Source: Dehalococcoidia bacterium
Lineage (GTDB): Bacteria; Chloroflexota; Dehalococcoidia; UBA2979
DNA: 44,959 nucleotides
Assembly (NCBI GenBank): GCA_022451865.1
Contig: JAKUNM010000005.1
Span: 1-44,959, forward strand
Direction of reading: 5' to 3'
Both the position numbers and the translations under genes were made by a program. Of this stretch, positions 29,288 to 38,536 are shown piece after piece (positions within the stretch are counted from its first letter, which is position 1; each line of letters opens with the position of its first letter). The notes under the pieces are model-generated. The model made no database searches. It had not been told where the DNA came from and was given only the letters and a program-made list of their open reading frames with translations.

Positions 29288-30904
29288 CTAATCATCGTAT
29301 TCATCATCAAAATCATCGTAGTTGTCACCTTCATAAGTTTCACCATGAAGTGCAGCTTCGATTTCATCTTCATCCAAATCATAATCCTGACGTCCACGTC
29401 TGCGTGAAGATCGAGAATCAGTACCAGCTCGACGGCGATTTTTCCCTCGGCGATTTCGTTCACGATCTTCTTCTTGCAATCTTAATTCACGGATTTCATC
29501 TGCAAAGCGAAGCACACGGGGTTCTTCTTGGTCAGATGGAGGAGCTATTTCTTCTACTGTTGTTGTATCTGAAGGAATGTCTGTCGGTAGTGTCTCAGTC
29601 TCCAATAATCCCTCTAAAACCTCTTGTTCAGGTGTAAGTCGTACTTCTGGAGTTTGTTGAACTGTCACACTATCATTGGATGTAATCGCCTCAATCTGTT
29701 CTCCAGGTAAGCCAGGTCTACCATAAGCAGCTTGTGAAGGTGTAACTTCATCTGAAATGGAAGTTTCAAAAATTGGCTCTTTCTGATCAAGTTCGGAAGT
29801 AAATACAGCCTCCATATTTGGTTCAGGGGGTGGGTGTAAATCCTTCCCTGATTCAATCATAGATCCTTCTCCACAAATATCGAGTCTCAAACCAGTGAGC
29901 TTTGCTGCAAGACGAGCGTTTTGACCTTCTTTTCCTATCGCTAAACTTAACTGTCGATCAGGTACAGCGATATATGCAGTATTAGTCTGGTTTTCTATAT
30001 TTATTGAAACAACTTCAGCTGGGCTAAGTGCATTGGCTGTAAAAGCAAGTTCATTCGGATCCCATCGAATGATATCGATTCGTTCAGCGTTAAGTTCATT
30101 AACTATATTTTGTATACGTGCCCCACGAACTCCAACAATAGCACCAATTGGATCTATCCCGTGCTGCTTCGATGCCACTGCAACTTTACTACGAAATCCT
30201 GGATCACGCGCAATATTAATAATCTGAATTGAGCCTCTAGAAATTTCTGGCACTTCTAGTTCTAATAATTTTCCAAGAAGATCAGGTGTTGCACGTGAGA
30301 CTAATACTTGTGGTCCTCTGGTCGCACGGTAGACTTCTTTAATATAAACCCTAATTCTTTGTCCCACTCGATAATGTTCAGAGCGTATTTGTTCCGAATA
30401 AGGTAATACTGCTTCTGTTTGTCCTAAATCGAGAACTACTTGTTGTCTACCTCTCTCAACTCGTAAAACAGTTCCAGAAATTAGTTCGCCTTCTTTTCCA
30501 GAAAAATCTTGAAAAACAGAGTCTCTTTCTGCATCACGTAATCTTTGTAATACTACCTGTTTGGCTGTTTGTGCAGCGATACGGCCAGTGTCTCCAGTGA
30601 TTTCTATAGGTTTGCGAACAACACTACCGATTTCAAGCTCACCGAATCCTAGTTCTTTAGCACGTTCGGGCGAGAGCTCTATTTCGTCATCTTCTATTTC
30701 ATCATCATCCAATATTGCCCATGTTTGCCAAGCAGAGATATCGCCTGTTATTCGATCAATTTTAGTTTCAATACTTGCATATTGGAGATCATCTTTGCGA
30801 AATGAAGATGCCAATGCTGCTTCGACTGCAACAAATACAGTATCAGAATTTAAATTCTTCTCAGCGGATAGCTGTGTAATGGCTGCAACAAATTCATTTT
30901 TCAT
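29288..30904 (-). CDS. nusA: Transcription termination/antitermination factor NusA with long C-terminal tail
   Basis: RIAAQTAKQV, S1 domain, ARDPGFRSKVAV, LSLAIGKEGQNARLAAKLTG. Confidence 0.97.
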   Translation of the reverse strand: MKNEFVAAITQLSAEKNLNSDTVFVAVEAALASSFRKDDLQYASIETKIDRITGDISAWQTWAILDDDEIEDDEIELSPERAKELGFGELEIGSVVRKPIEITGDTGRIAAQTAKQVVLQRLRDAERDSVFQDFSGKEGELISGTVLRVERGRQQVVLDLGQTEAVLPYSEQIRSEHYRVGQRIRVYIKEVYRATRGPQVLVSRATPDLLGKLLELEVPEISRGSIQIINIARDPGFRSKVAVASKQHGIDPIGAIVGVRGARIQNIVNELNAERIDIIRWDPNELAFTANALSPAEVVSINIENQTNTAYIAVPDRQLSLAIGKEGQNARLAAKLTGLRLDICGEGSMIESGKDLHPPPEPNMEAVFTSELDQKEPIFETSISDEVTPSQAAYGRPGLPGEQIEAITSNDSVTVQQTPEVRLTPEQEVLEGLLETETLPTDIPSDTTTVEEIAPPSDQEEPRVLRFADEIRELRLQEEDRERNRRGKNRRRAGTDSRSSRRRGRQDYDLDEDEIEAALHGETYEGDNYDDFDDEYDD

Positions 30905-30944
30905 AGATATTCAACAATCTGACTTAATATTTACATAAAAACAC

Positions 30945-30972
30945 AAAAAAGCGCGGGTCAAGTCCACGCTTT
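30945..30972 (-). terminator. Intrinsic terminator/attenuator in the nusA leader (rimP-leader-like)
   Basis: Minus strand AAAGCGTGG-ACTTGAC-CCGCGCTTT followed by TTTG. Confidence 0.8.
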
Positions 30973-30994
30973 AACTAAACCCGTGTGCTCATAA

Positions 30995-31024
30995 ACTATA
31001 TCACTTTGTCTGCATGACCCTCAA
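30995..31024 (-). promoter_or_regulatory. Putative sigma70 promoter for nusA-infB-rbfA-truB
   Basis: Minus strand TTGAGG-18-TATAGT with extended TG. Confidence 0.55.
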
Positions 31025-31042
31025 ACGATTTGTATGATCAAT

Positions 31043-32773
31043 CTATTCCGAAAGTTGTTGTAAAACTTCAATAATATTTTCTTTGTCTATTTTTTCTGAT
31101 GTTTCAGCATTTCTCAATTTTAGTTCTACAACATTCTCAGCATTATTTCTACTAGAGACAGTGATTCGTATGGGTATCCCTATGAGGTCTGCATCTTTGA
31201 ATTTTACTCCAGGATTTTCATCTCGATCATCAAATAAAACGGTTAATCCTTCGACTTGAATGTCTTCGTATAATTTTGTCGCCTCTTCAGATACTTCTGA
31301 GTCTTGCTCAAAGTTGAGAGCAGTAAGATGGATATCATAGGGCGATAATTCTCGTGGCCAAATAATACCATCTTGGTCATGGTGTGCTTCGACAGCAGCG
31401 GAAAGAATTCTATCAATTCCTATGCCATAGCATCCCATGATAGGTGTTAATTGCTCCCCAAATTGATCTAGTACAGTAGTTTCAAAAGCTGAAGTATATG
31501 TCTTGCCAAGCCTAAATACATGTCCCATTTCAATGCCACGTGAAATTTTTAAGTTACCTGCTTTATTTCCAGTACATTTGGCACATATATGTCCTTCATC
31601 TGCTATTGCGATATCAGCTATGTCAGTAGCAACCCAATCTCTTAAATAATTTGTATTAGTAAAGTGATAATCGACTTCATTGGCTCCAGCTACTAAATTA
31701 ACTGTTTCAGTAATCGAAATATCAGCAATAACTCTAATTTCTGAATTTATCTCTATTGGTGAAGCGTAACCGGAGATAATATTATATTTGGAAAGCTCCT
31801 CGTCAGTCATGGGAGTTATTCCTCTCGCATCAACAAGGTTCATTAATTTCACTTCATTTATTTCTAAATCTCCTCGAATAACTGCAAATATCGGGAAGGA
31901 TGCACCACCGGTACGCGGCATAGCCATATATAGTACTGATTTAGCAGTGTCGTTCTTATCAATGTTCAAGAAACTTGCAAGTTGATCTATAGTTGTTATT
32001 TCAGGAGTATTTATTTTTTCGATGTTAAGTGTTTGCGCAGCTGTCTTCTTTGGGCGAATAAATTCAGCCTTTTCTTGATTTGCCGCATAGTCACATTGGT
32101 CGCAGATTAATACTGTGTCTTCGCCACTGTCTGTTAGAAATATAAATTCTTGTGAACCTTTTCCACCTATTGCACCTGAATCAGCTTCAACAGAAACTAT
32201 AGGGATTTGGCATGTATTGAATATTTGATAATAAGCATCAACCATCAAACTATAAGATACATCGAGACCTTTTTCATCCAGATCAAAGGAATACGCATCT
32301 TTCATAGTGAATTCTCGGACTCTGACTAACCCACCTCTAGGGCGAGTCTCATCACGAAGTTTTGTTTGTATTTGATATAAGGTTCTAGGTAAATCGCGGT
32401 ATGAATTTGCGAATTTAGAGAATAATGTAGTAATTACTTCTTCATGTGTAGGGCCAAGCACCATTGTTCGCCCACGTTTATCTTCCAACTTAAATAAAAC
32501 ATCTTGCATTGTAAAAAGTCGCTCAGATGTTTCCCAAATAGCTGATGGTTGAATGGTAGGGAGGAGTACCTCTATACCATCAGCGGTATTCATTTCTTTA
32601 CGGATAATACTTTCAATATTTTTCTTTACCCTCAATCCCAAAGGTAAGTACGAGTAGACACCTGCACTTAGTTGATCTATGAACCCACCTCTCACCAATA
32701 ATTGATGAGAGATTGTTTCCGCATCAGCAGGTGCTTGACGGAGAGTACGACCAAATTGTTTAGACATTCTCAT
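31043..32773 (-). CDS. proS: Proline--tRNA ligase (with editing insertion domain)
   Basis: MRMSKQFGRTLR, LGPTHEE, RDETRPRGGLVRVREFTMKDAYSF, GIEMGHVFRLG, MGCYGIG, GVKFKDADLIGIP; start moved from TTG 32809 to ATG 32773. Confidence 0.97.
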   Translation of the reverse strand: MRMSKQFGRTLRQAPADAETISHQLLVRGGFIDQLSAGVYSYLPLGLRVKKNIESIIRKEMNTADGIEVLLPTIQPSAIWETSERLFTMQDVLFKLEDKRGRTMVLGPTHEEVITTLFSKFANSYRDLPRTLYQIQTKLRDETRPRGGLVRVREFTMKDAYSFDLDEKGLDVSYSLMVDAYYQIFNTCQIPIVSVEADSGAIGGKGSQEFIFLTDSGEDTVLICDQCDYAANQEKAEFIRPKKTAAQTLNIEKINTPEITTIDQLASFLNIDKNDTAKSVLYMAMPRTGGASFPIFAVIRGDLEINEVKLMNLVDARGITPMTDEELSKYNIISGYASPIEINSEIRVIADISITETVNLVAGANEVDYHFTNTNYLRDWVATDIADIAIADEGHICAKCTGNKAGNLKISRGIEMGHVFRLGKTYTSAFETTVLDQFGEQLTPIMGCYGIGIDRILSAAVEAHHDQDGIIWPRELSPYDIHLTALNFEQDSEVSEEATKLYEDIQVEGLTVLFDDRDENPGVKFKDADLIGIPIRITVSSRNNAENVVELKLRNAETSEKIDKENIIEVLQQLSE

Positions 32774-32809
32774 GGCGCTGAGGATAAAAGTGTCTTGAGT
32801 GTTGAGCAA
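32774..32809 (-). promoter_or_regulatory. Putative leaderless promoter of proS
   Basis: Minus strand TTGCTC-17-TATCCT-7-ATG; no SD before the ATG. Confidence 0.65.
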
Positions 32810-32818
32810 CGAAGTTGT

Positions 32819-33976
32819 TTAAATTTGTTTAACAGGTTCAATCTCATTTATCATTTCATCGAGTATTTTTTTTGTCTCACTTAGTACAGTATCATAGCCA
32901 AAATGCCCGATAAGTTCCTCCCCTCGTTTGAGATTCACGCCTAAAGGACCACACCACATTCCAATATCTGCATCATCTGTTTCACCAGGTCCATTAACTC
33001 TACATCCCATTACTGCAATAGTGAGATCGTGATCCTTGGCATATTCAGACATTACTTTAACTTGCTGGGCAAGTTCTATAAATTTTTCATTTTCTACTCT
33101 AGAGCATGAAGGGCAGCTAATAATATTTAGACCTTGTCCAAAGTTGCTAGGGACGGATCTGAACCTGCCATTATAAATGTCATTAAGAATTTCTCTCGCC
33201 ACGGTAACTTCTTGCCCTTTTTCATCAAAAGGCAGAGTAAGAGAAACTCGAATGGTATCACCAATTCCTTCTGAAATAAGCTGTTCAAAAGCTACACGAG
33301 TCTTAATAATGCCTTCAGGTGGCATTCCTGCCTCTGTAACTCCAAGATGCAACGGAATATCGGGACGGATAGAGGCAAAACGACGATTTCCATCTAGGAC
33401 TTTTTGCCAATCTGAATCTTTTAGAGAGACTACGTACTTATCAAAACCTAGGTCATCCAAAAACTGTGCGTGTTGTAAAGCACTTTCTACCATTGCACCT
33501 ACATCATCTTTACCGAATTTTTGCTTAAGAATTGGATCAACTGAACCACAATTTACCCCTATTCTTAATGCGATATTATTTTCAAATGCGGTATTAGCAA
33601 TAAATTTTACTTTTTCTGAAATATCTTTCTCTTTCTCATGATGATGAAGATGCCCAGGGTTATATCTAACTTTTTCAACTAAAGGAGCAACATCAGAGAT
33701 AAGGCGATAATTTTCTTGTAAATCTACCGATAAATTAATACTTAGATCTTCAGTATGATTTCTTATTATTGCTAACGCTTTTACATCAGCCTTCGAATCT
33801 ATAGCGATCCTAATTAAGTCAGCACCAGCATCATGAATTAAGTTTAATTGCCTGACTGTAGCTTCTATGTCCTGAGTGCGTGTAGCAGCCATGGATTGAA
33901 CAGCAATTGGAGATTTTCCTCCAATTTTAATATTTCCAACAGGAACTTTGCGTGTGAGGTTCCTTTGTTTCATCAA
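32819..33976 (-). CDS. ispG: (E)-4-hydroxy-3-methylbut-2-enyl-diphosphate synthase
   Basis: [61 protein letters not shown] (4Fe-4S ligands). Confidence 0.96.
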   Translation of the reverse strand: MMKQRNLTRKVPVGNIKIGGKSPIAVQSMAATRTQDIEATVRQLNLIHDAGADLIRIAIDSKADVKALAIIRNHTEDLSINLSVDLQENYRLISDVAPLVEKVRYNPGHLHHHEKEKDISEKVKFIANTAFENNIALRIGVNCGSVDPILKQKFGKDDVGAMVESALQHAQFLDDLGFDKYVVSLKDSDWQKVLDGNRRFASIRPDIPLHLGVTEAGMPPEGIIKTRVAFEQLISEGIGDTIRVSLTLPFDEKGQEVTVAREILNDIYNGRFRSVPSNFGQGLNIISCPSCSRVENEKFIELAQQVKVMSEYAKDHDLTIAVMGCRVNGPGETDDADIGMWCGPLGVNLKRGEELIGHFGYDTVLSETKKILDEMINEIEPVKQI

Positions 33977-34056
33977 TTCCCTTCCACTTAGTGTGGATTG
34001 ATTTACTAGTATTGCTAGTCTCGATTAAATTATAGTACGTAATGGATAAAAAACGA

Positions 34057-35244
34057 TTACCGTATCAAAGATTCTCCAGATGTAATTCTTGCTATATCAA
34101 AAAAAGTGATAATTATGGCAAGTATTATAAAGGCAAAAAAACCAATCATGTGAACAATAGCTTCCTTTTGAGGGTTGATCCTTTTACCTCGACGGATAAC
34201 TTCGAGCAGCAGAAAAAATATGCGGCCACCATCTAGCATAGGTAAGGGTAATAAATTAATTATTGCTAAATTTATCGACAACAATGCAGTAATTTCAAGT
34301 AAAGGTGATACGGCTGCGCTAGGTGTCTCTTGGATTCCGACTATTTCACCTACTGTTTGACCAATTCCAACAGGGCCAGCAAATTGAGGGCTGCCTGATT
34401 GTCCACCCCATGAAGCAATTTCATTGCGAACGAGAATAAGTGTATCCCAAGTTCGTTGGATACCCATTGGGATTGATTCCCAAGGCGGCAGTGATTCCCT
34501 TTCAGTGAAGGGTCTACCATCAGGTGCGACGACAGAATATCCGATACTTATTCCTGTCGGTCCTTGTCCTTCAGGTGGACTCCATCGTGCATAGACAGGG
34601 ATATTGATTAAGTTGCCATCTCTACGAACAGTAACATTTACAGTTTCTCCTACCTTCAGGCGTATGAGACGACTTGCTTCAGGTAAGTTTTTTGCATCAC
34701 GACCATCAATTGAAAAAATTTGATCATTTACTTTGATTCCTGCTATTGCTGCAGGTCCTTCAGGTATTACGTTGGTTACCATTGCCCTTCCAACAGGAAC
34801 TTCATGGGGCCAAGTAAATGCTAATGCGAACAGAAAAACAGGCAGTAGAAAATTTACTGCTATACCTGAAAAAAGTACTATAAAGCGTTGCCATTTTGGT
34901 TTTGCCGCTAAAGATCTAGGATGATCAGGGTTTTCTTCTCCTTCAAGTTTTACGAATCCTCCAAGCGGTATGGCATTGAGTGTATATTCTGTCTCACCTC
35001 TTTTTATAGAGGCTATCCTGGGAGGAAACCCTAATCCAAATTCATGCACATATATACCAAAAAATTTTGCTGAGAAAAAATGGCCTGCTTCATGTGCCAT
35101 TACGAGCGCAATAATAATAAGTAAAAAAAGGATGGCTGAATTAAAAGCACTTCTTAAAAAAATCAAACCAGCACAGATAAGTAGCACAATAATTATGGGA
35201 GTAATCTTTTTTTGTATTGTCATTGCATTAAATTCTTTCGCCAT
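34057..35244 (-). CDS. rseP: RIP metalloprotease RseP (M50 + PDZ)
   Basis: HEAGH, EFGLGFPP, IPLGGFV, PDZ (GPAAIAGIKVND), NLLPLPMLDGG. Confidence 0.94.
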   Translation of the reverse strand: MAKEFNAMTIQKKITPIIIVLLICAGLIFLRSAFNSAILFLLIIIALVMAHEAGHFFSAKFFGIYVHEFGLGFPPRIASIKRGETEYTLNAIPLGGFVKLEGEENPDHPRSLAAKPKWQRFIVLFSGIAVNFLLPVFLFALAFTWPHEVPVGRAMVTNVIPEGPAAIAGIKVNDQIFSIDGRDAKNLPEASRLIRLKVGETVNVTVRRDGNLINIPVYARWSPPEGQGPTGISIGYSVVAPDGRPFTERESLPPWESIPMGIQRTWDTLILVRNEIASWGGQSGSPQFAGPVGIGQTVGEIVGIQETPSAAVSPLLEITALLSINLAIINLLPLPMLDGGRIFFLLLEVIRRGKRINPQKEAIVHMIGFFAFIILAIIITFFDIARITSGESLIR

Positions 35245-36385
35245 TTTTTAACATTTCAGTGACAAAATTCCTTCCCCATTTTTCAGCAATTAGTAACGCC
35301 TCGAGGTCGGGATTTTTTTGTGGTTTATGTTGTTGCATGGCTTTATGTAATAATTTTGCAATATCTGTAAAACGACACTGTCGATTCAGAAAATGAGCCA
35401 CAGCTGCTTCATCAGCACCAGATAAAGCAGCTGCGGTGGTGTCCTCACGTCTACCTGCTTCAAGTGTAATTTCGAGTGCTGGGAATTTTGCAGATTCCAC
35501 CTTAGCAAAATTAAGAGACTCATACTTTGCTAGATCAAGTTTTGGGGCAGGTTGGATTGGTAGTCGATCTGGATAAGAAAGTGCAATTTGTATAGGCAAC
35601 CGCATATCAGGGACCCCAAGTTGTGCTTTCACAGAACCATCGATAAATGTCACCATACTATGTATGACGCTTTCACGGTGCTGTAGAATGTCTATTTTTT
35701 CCAATGGAAGATCAAATAACCACCTTGCCTCTAGTGCCTCTAATCCTTTGTTGAAAAGTGTGGCACTATCAATAGTCACTTTTGGTCCCATCTGCCATGT
35801 AGGATGCTTTAGAGCTTCAATGGGAGTGACATTATCTAGTTCAGTGATACTCAAGTTCCTAAATGCACCTCCAGATGCTGTAAGAATCAATTGATCAACT
35901 GCATCAATTGATTCTCCCCAGAGACATTGCCAAAAACCACAATGATCAGAATCGACTGGCCTTAATTCTGCACCATAACGTATTCCAGATTCTAACGCCT
36001 GTCTAACGACTGGACCCCCTACGACTAAAGCCTCTTTGTTCGCTACAGCTACTTTTTTGCCGGCCTGTAAGGCGGCTAGTATTGCCGGTAGTCCATCTAG
36101 TCCAGAACTTGCTGCGAGTACTACATCTACATCATCTCTCACTACTATTTCCTCAAGAGGCTGGTACATACTTTTTTCAATATTAGTAGTTGTCGGTAAA
36201 CCATTTGCAAGGCAAATTACTTTGGGTTGGAACTGTTTTATTTGTTCCTCTAGCCTTTGATTATTGGATCCTGCAGCTAATGCTATGGCTTTGAACTTTT
36301 CAGGCATAGATTGGATAACGTCTAGAGCTTGCTCTCCCACTGAACCTGTGGAGCCAATAACTGCTATCGTTTTTAGTTGATCCAT
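35228..36385 (-). CDS. dxr: 1-deoxy-D-xylulose-5-phosphate reductoisomerase
   Basis: GSTGSVG, ANKEALV, LTASGGAFR, HPTWQMGPKVTIDSATLFNKGLE, PDMRLPI; start likely ATG 36385 (ORF track 36406). Confidence 0.96.
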   Translation of the reverse strand: MDQLKTIAVIGSTGSVGEQALDVIQSMPEKFKAIALAAGSNNQRLEEQIKQFQPKVICLANGLPTTTNIEKSMYQPLEEIVVRDDVDVVLAASSGLDGLPAILAALQAGKKVAVANKEALVVGGPVVRQALESGIRYGAELRPVDSDHCGFWQCLWGESIDAVDQLILTASGGAFRNLSITELDNVTPIEALKHPTWQMGPKVTIDSATLFNKGLEALEARWLFDLPLEKIDILQHRESVIHSMVTFIDGSVKAQLGVPDMRLPIQIALSYPDRLPIQPAPKLDLAKYESLNFAKVESAKFPALEITLEAGRREDTTAAALSGADEAAVAHFLNRQCRFTDIAKLLHKAMQQHKPQKNPDLEALLIAEKWGRNFVTEMLKNGERI

Positions 36386-37158
36386 ATAATTACCCAATAG
36401 ACCCAAGGAGCAGCAAGTAAAATAGAGTCTATACGATCTAGGATACCACCGTGACCGGGTAAAATATTCGATATGTCTTTAACTAAAAGTTTTCTTTTAA
36501 TTTGTGATTCAATGATGTCACCAATCATTGCTATTACTGGGCAAGATAATAAGATAATTAAGGAAGGAATAAAGCTAGTATTTAATAGGTAGATAATCCC
36601 TCCACCAATTAATATTCCTATAAAGTAACCTCCTACTGCACCTTCCCAAGTTTTATTTGGAGAGATAGAAGGAATTAATTTATGTTTTCCTAAAATTTTT
36701 CCTATTATGTATGCTCCTGTATCAGTTGCAAATACAATTCCTAACATTAATATTATCCAATTTTGTCCATTGTCCGTTTGATTGATCAATATAAGATGGC
36801 TTCCTAAAACGCTGATGTATAAAACAGACATGGTCCACCAATAAATTATTGTTTTTGTCCATTTGTAGGATGTAAAAACTGACCAGATTACGACTGCAGT
36901 TGGTATTAATAAGATCCAAACTGCATCTTGAACCCAAACTCGGATAAATGCAGCAATAAATGCAGTAGCAGCTGCACCTGTACCCAAGATCAGAAGGTTA
37001 TGGCGTGTTTTTTTTACAACACGATTTCTTATGATCTCGATAGTTGCAATGGCTAGAATTATCTCAGTAATTGCTGCAAAAATAGGTTCGGGTAACAATA
37101 TAAATAATACTGTCAGCGGGAGTCCGATAATGGCCACAATTACTCTATTAGTTAACAA
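36373..37158 (-). CDS. cdsA: Phosphatidate cytidylyltransferase
   Basis: DTGAY, ISPNKTWEG, GDIIESQIKR, KD...LPGHGGILDRIDS. Confidence 0.95.
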   Translation of the reverse strand: MLTNRVIVAIIGLPLTVLFILLPEPIFAAITEIILAIATIEIIRNRVVKKTRHNLLILGTGAAATAFIAAFIRVWVQDAVWILLIPTAVVIWSVFTSYKWTKTIIYWWTMSVLYISVLGSHLILINQTDNGQNWIILMLGIVFATDTGAYIIGKILGKHKLIPSISPNKTWEGAVGGYFIGILIGGGIIYLLNTSFIPSLIILLSCPVIAMIGDIIESQIKRKLLVKDISNILPGHGGILDRIDSILLAAPWVYWVIIWIN

Positions 37159-37174
37159 AATTAATGTTTTTCTT

Positions 37175-37903
37175 TTAATCGGTAATTAGACCGAATCTGC
37201 GTTGACGTCTTCCGTACTCTTTGATGGCTTTTTCAATATCTAATGGGCCAAAATCAGGCCAAAGTGTCTCAGTGAAATAATATTCAGTATAAGTAGCTTC
37301 CCAAACAAGAAAGTTCGATAAGCGATTTTCACCTCCTGTACGTATTAATAAATCCGGATCAGGCAAACCGGCAGTTGCGAGACGATTACTGATTGAATGC
37401 TCAGTAATTTCATTTGTTGCGAATCCTTCATCTATGAGTTGCTTTACAGCAGAAATAATGTCTGCTCTTCCTCCATAGTTGAAAGCAAGATTTAAAGTCA
37501 TAGCCGAGTTACTACTAGTTTTTTGTACAGCATGTTGGACTCGATTTTTTAACCAATATGGGAGCTGTTCAAGACTGCCAAGATGTTTCAGTTTTACGTT
37601 TGCTTGATGTAGTTCTTCTAAGTGCTCATCAATGAAATCTTTTGCTAGACTTAAAATAGCTTCTACTTCAGATTTTGGCCGTCCCCAATTTTCAGTTGAA
37701 AATCCAAAGAGTGTCAGCATTTTTACATCATGTTGTCCGAAAGATTTTACGATACTCGGGATTACCTTCGCACCTTCTTGATGACCTTCAGTTCGGTTGA
37801 GTGACCTATTACTTGCCCAGCGTCCGTTGCCATCCATTATAATTGCAACATGATAAGGAATTTGTTTAATATCATGTTGCGGATAAGTTTGGGAAGCTTG
37901 CAT
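37175..37903 (-). CDS. uppS: Undecaprenyl/polyprenyl diphosphate synthase
   Basis: HVAIIMDGNGRWA, FSTENWGRP, NYGGR, DPDLLIRTGGENRLSNFL, RRFG. Confidence 0.97.
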   Translation of the reverse strand: MQASQTYPQHDIKQIPYHVAIIMDGNGRWASNRSLNRTEGHQEGAKVIPSIVKSFGQHDVKMLTLFGFSTENWGRPKSEVEAILSLAKDFIDEHLEELHQANVKLKHLGSLEQLPYWLKNRVQHAVQKTSSNSAMTLNLAFNYGGRADIISAVKQLIDEGFATNEITEHSISNRLATAGLPDPDLLIRTGGENRLSNFLVWEATYTEYYFTETLWPDFGPLDIEKAIKEYGRRQRRFGLITD

Positions 37904-37945
37904 GATGTCACTTTTTCCCTTGGATTTATACTAAGATGCTATAAA

Positions 37946-38503
37946 TCAAACTACTAAGAGTTCCTGTTCTTTTTGCTTACCAAGTTGTTCTAATTTTTCA
38001 ATCTGATCTTGCGTGATTTTTTCTATTTCATTCTCAATTTGATGGGCTTCATCTTCAGAAAAATTACCATTTTTAAGAGACTGTTTAATTGTATCTAAAC
38101 ATGTTCTACGAGAATTTCGTACTGAAACTCTCGCATCTTCTGTTTTTTTATGGAGTTGCTTTACCATTTCTAAGCGTCGTTCCTCTGTTAGAGGCGGAAT
38201 GGGTAGACGTATCATCGATCCATCACTTTGTGGTGTTATACCTAGTTCGCTTGTCTGCAAAGCTTTCATGATCGGCTCTATCGCAGCTTTATCCCAAGGT
38301 TGAATAGTTATTAATTGTGCTTCTGGTGTTCCTAGCGTAGCTAGTTGATTTAAGGGCATTTTTTGCCCATAGTGTTCAATGCTTAACTTTTCAACCAAAG
38401 AACTATTTGCTCGTCCGGTTCGAATACTATTCAGACTATTTTCATACGATTCATATGCTTTATTGCTACGTTCCTGCATATCTAATACTATTTCACGATC
38501 CAT
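37946..38503 (-). CDS. frr: Ribosome recycling factor
   Basis: IRTGRAN, IQPWDK, IPPLTEERR, RVSVRNSRR. Confidence 0.97.
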   Translation of the reverse strand: MDREIVLDMQERSNKAYESYENSLNSIRTGRANSSLVEKLSIEHYGQKMPLNQLATLGTPEAQLITIQPWDKAAIEPIMKALQTSELGITPQSDGSMIRLPIPPLTEERRLEMVKQLHKKTEDARVSVRNSRRTCLDTIKQSLKNGNFSEDEAHQIENEIEKITQDQIEKLEQLGKQKEQELLVV

Positions 38504-38536
38504 TTGTCACTCCATAGATAAAATCTTTGAAATAAA

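Noticed and set aside
29185-29637. Alternative-frame ORFs 29185-29463(-) and 29254-29637(+) as a possible ylxR or small gene
   Set aside because: Met/His-rich artefacts of the GAT/GAA-rich NusA tail; no YlxR motifs
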